A DNA stretch of 64,000 nucleotides from Malacoraja senta (taxonomy: Eukaryota): contig JAXLNO010000972.1 in assembly GCA_038087875.1 (NCBI GenBank), forward strand, positions 1 through 64,000, in the 5' to 3' direction. The position numbers and the translations under genes are program-made. Below the pieces are notes generated by a model. That model had not been told where the DNA came from. It saw only the letters and a list, made by a program, of their open reading frames with translations, and did not search any database. This document shows, one piece after another, positions 60,100 through 64,000 of this stretch. Position 1 is the stretch's first letter. Each line of letters begins with the position of its first letter.

Positions 60100-62530
60100 C
60101 TATGGCGGTCATGGGAGATTTCAATATGCAGGAAAATCAGGTTGGTACTGGATTTGTAGAGTGACTCCGAGATGGATTGTTAGAGCAGCTTGGAGTTGAA
60201 CCAACCTGGGAAAAGGCAATTCTGGATTTAGTGTTATGTTATGAACCGGATAAAGGAACTCAAGATAAAGGAACAATTGGGAGATAGCGACGACAACGTG
60301 ATAAGTTTAAATCAGCAATTTGTCAGGGAGAAGGTGAAATCGGATGTGTCGGTATTGCAGCTGACCAAAGGGGACTACAGAGGCATGAGCGAGGAGCTGG
60401 CTAAAGGAGACTGGAAATGGACCCCAGCAGGGATGACGGTGGAACAGCAATGGCAGGAATTTCTGGGAATAACCCGGAAGATGCAGCATCTTTTCATTCC
60501 TAAGGGGAAGAAAGATTCTAAGGGGAGAAAGAGGCGACCGTGGCTCACAAGTGAAGTCAAGGACAGTATAAAACTAAAAGAGAAGGCGCATATCATTGCG
60601 AAGATTGGTGGGTAGCCAAACAATAACAGAAGATATCGAAAAGGGCAATACGGGAGTATAGATGAAATATGAAGGTAAGCTAGCCAATAAAAGAAATGGG
60701 GATAACAACAGTGACTTCAGTTACATAATAAGTAAGAAAGAGGCAAGAGTGGAAGTTGGGTTGCTGTAGAATGATGCAGGAGAAGTGATAATTGGGAATA
60801 AGGAAATGGCAGAGGAGTTGAATATTTTTTTTTGCATCAGTCTTCACAGCGGAAGACACCAACAATGTGCCTGAAATTCTAGAGAGTCAGGGGTGGAAGT
60901 TAGTGGAGTGGTTATGGCTAGGAAGAAGGTGCTTGGGAAGCTGAAAGGGCTGAAGGTGGATATCTTACCTGCACCAGATGGACAGCACCCTAGCGTTCTT
61001 AAAAAGGTGGCTTTAGAGAATGTGCAGGCATTGACAGTGATATTGTAAGAATCACTAGAGACATGAGAGGTCCCAGATGATTGGAAAATGTCCAATATTA
61101 CCCCGCTGCATATGAAGGGAGTAAAGCACCACAGTGGGAACAAAAGGCCAGTTAGTCTGACTTCGGTGCTCGGTTAGATTTTAGAATCCATTCTAAATGT
61201 TGAGGTTGCGAAGTACTTCGAAATTCACGATAAAATAGGTCGAAGTCAGCATGGCTTTGTGAAGAGGAGGTGTCTTGCTTCCTAAATTTGCTGGAATTAT
61301 TTGAAGAAGTAAGTGGCAGGACGGCAAAGGAGAGTCAGTAGATGGTGTTTACTTAGATTTTCAGAAAGCCTTTGATAAGGTGCCACACGTGAGGCTGCTA
61401 AGCGAGATGAGAGCTCACGGTATCAAAGGACAAAAAGGACATGTATTGGCTGGATGACAGAAGACAAAGAGTGGCAATAAAGGCGGATTTTTTCTGGTTG
61501 GCAACCAGTGACTAGCGGAGTTCCGCAGGGGTCGGTGCTAGGTCCACCGCTCTTCATGTTGTATGTTAATGATTTAGACGAGGAGTTTGAAGGCTTTGTG
61601 GCCAAGTTTGCGATTGATACGAAAATAGATGGAATGGCAGGTCGTGTTGAGAAAGCAGGGACTCTACAGAAAGACTTGGACAGGTTGTGAGAGTGGGCAG
61701 AGAAGTAGCAGATGGCATATAGTGTAGCAAAGTGTCGCTTCGTGCTTTTTGGTAGTAGGAATAAAGACATAGACTATTGTCTGAAATGGGGGAGAATCCA
61801 AAAACCGGAGATGCAAAGGGACACAGGAGTGCTGGTGCAGGATTCCCAAAAGAATAATCTGCAAGACGAATCGGTAGTAAAGAAAGCATGTTCAATGCTA
61901 GCATTTATTTCAAGAGGACTTGTATACACAAACAGGGATGTAATGCTGAGGCTCTATAAGGCACTGATGAGGTCACATTTGGAATATTGTGAGCAATTTT
62001 GGGCACCATATTTGAGGAAGGATGTGCTGGCTCAGGAGCGGGCCCAGAGGAGGTTTATAAGAATAATCCCAGGAATGAGCAGGTTAACCAATGAGGAGCG
62101 TTTGTCGTCACTGGGCCTGTACTCGCTGGAGTTTAGAAGAATGAGGGGGACCTCATTGAAACATACATAATAGTGAAAGGCTTGGATATAGTGGATGTAG
62201 AGAGGATGTTTCCACGAATGGGATACCCTGGGACTAGAGGTTATAACCTCAGAATTAAAGGATGTTCTTTTAGGAAGATGATGAGAAATATATTTTGTCA
62301 GAGGGTAGTAAATCTGTGTAATCTGTGCCACAGAAGGCTGGAGAAGCCAAGTCAGTGGATATTTTTGTGGCAGAGATATATAGATATTTGATTAGTACAC
62401 GTGGCAGAGGTTATGGGGAGAAGGCAGGCGAATGGGGTAGGAGGGAAAGATAGATCACCCATAATTGAATGGCGGAGTGGATTGATGGGCCGACTGGACT
62501 AATTCTACTTCAATCATCCATAACCTTATG
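60100..62530 (+). mobile_element. CR1 LINE, ~2.4 kb 5'-truncated and degraded
   Basis: [38 protein letters not shown] and a ttatgactttatga tail. Confidence 0.93.
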
Positions 62531-63659
62531 ACTTTATGAATAAGAACAGCGTTTACCATGTGGTTACTTGTAGCTGACACGTTTTCAATTATCATGTCTG
62601 AATTTTATTCTAGTTTTCTGCACTAACCTAATTTTCCTTAATAATTACCAATCGCCAATATGTGTATATCCGTTTTGCCTGCATATCATCGTTCCAGTGC
62701 TGGAGCGATTTGATGAGAAAAGCATCGCAACATCTTATATTTATAAAACATTCTCATAGAGGTAATCACATTTCTTCTTCTATATAGTTAGGATGGAGAG
62801 TGTTAAAGAAGAGGGGATGGTGGGAGAAATGAGAGTGCATCTGGGGGGGGGGAGAAAAGGGAGAACAGGGGGGGACACAAAACAGATGCAGGCCTTGGCG
62901 AAACAAGCGAAAATGTTTGGTGAAATGGCCCCCTCATCTACACAACTCTTAACCTGCAAAAGATACATCAGAACCAGAGTTGTATCGAAGGCCTTCATTA
63001 AAGTGACACACAAAATCAAACAAAGTGAAAGGACCCAAGTAAAAGGATTGATGCTACACAGCATCTTGTTTACTGCTCAGGATGTTTCCAGGAATGGAAT
63101 AATGGAGTGGAATTATGCTAAAATAGATCATCATTGCTTTATTGTTTATATATGTCAGTGATGACTGCTGTGTCAGGAACTTAGCATGAGTCGCTGCCCT
63201 CTGCACTACTACACTGGGAACCTGAATGGCCTCAGCCAACTCCGGGCTCTCCACAGCAAAGAAGTGGTTAAAGTGACATATGGTTGGGTCTGGAATAAGC
63301 CATGGTTGTCTGTAAGGGTTGGTAGTGGGTGCAATGGAGAACCCTAGTATCTTGTTAAGTTCCTGTTGTTCCCAGCCAAATTAACTCATTGATCAAAAGA
63401 TGATTAGTAATTCCCAAGTTTGGTACCACACCTGTTGATCATGTTTGTATTCTCTCCAATGCTTCCATGTAAAGTCATACGTCTTTCCACATATGAAGCA
63501 GAATCAAAACTCAGTAACTTTGAAATTTTAATTCCGCCTCTACAGAAATAAATACGAACCTATGTTGTCTTGAGGACTAACTTCTTGACAACCATGATTA
63601 GGAGTGTAAGAGGCAGAGGCCCTATGAGATATTTGTGATTGCAAATGTCTGGAATTGTT

Positions 63660-64000
63660 AAGTTTGTCTGGGTTAGGGGGATTAGCTACAGGGAAAGGTT
63701 AGTCAGAATTAAGATTGTTTTCTCTCGAATGTCAGAGGTGTCACCGAGACCTGATAGAAGTATATAAAATGAGTGGCATAGATCAGATACAGTCAGAATC
63801 TTTTTAATCTGCAGAATGGAAAAATCAAATACTAGAGGGCATAGCTTTAAGGTGTGGGATGCAAAGTTCGAATGCGATGTGGAGGACAAACTTTATAGAT
63901 CTATTTTTATTTTATTTTTTACACAGAGGGTGTTGAGTGCCTAAAATGCGCTGCCAAGGTGGGAGATGAGATAGATACGATAGTGGCATTTAAGAGGCTT
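63660..64000 (+). mobile_element. CR1 3' fragment
   Basis: actagagggcatagctttaag...ttttacacagagggt motifs. Confidence 0.75.

Noticed and set aside
62545-62745. TATA box plus two donor-like sites on the - strand as GPCR exon 1
   Set aside because: The available ATGs give phase 0 or 2 rather than the phase 1 required, and the peptide is not TM1-like.
1-64000. CRISPR arrays, rRNA/tRNA genes or prokaryote-type systems
   Set aside because: No regularly spaced repeat-spacer arrays or structural RNA genes were seen. tRNA similarity is limited to PBS sites and SINE heads.

Overview
Vertebrate genomic DNA, very likely from a cartilaginous fish (skate/ray-like). That assignment is inferred from the repeat repertoire (CR1, L2, Rex-Babar, Penelope, HE1/SacSINE-type SINEs, fish-type L1) and from a GPR139-like GPCR. 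The window is mostly transposable elements. Bases 1-25,950 are a nested LTR-element pile: two proviruses of the same defective chimeric ERV (1-4447 and 14566-24864), two Mag-like Gypsy elements (4530-9273, young; 10106-25031, split by the second ERV), and an L1 inserted into a CR1 fragment that the ERV carries as cargo. Two host genes are visible. (i) The 3' half of a + strand MHC class I-like gene: an alpha3 C1-set exon (31531-31797), a TM exon (35574-35678, with an in-frame TGA), and a candidate last exon (47923-47963) encoding a CD1-style YQNI tail. No alpha1/alpha2 exons were recognised in the window. (ii) The main exon of a - strand class A GPCR of the GPR139/142-like type (57764-58701). 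No rRNA, tRNA genes or CRISPR arrays were seen. All calls are by eye, without database searches. Repeat boundaries are approximate unless a TSD or splice site is quoted.
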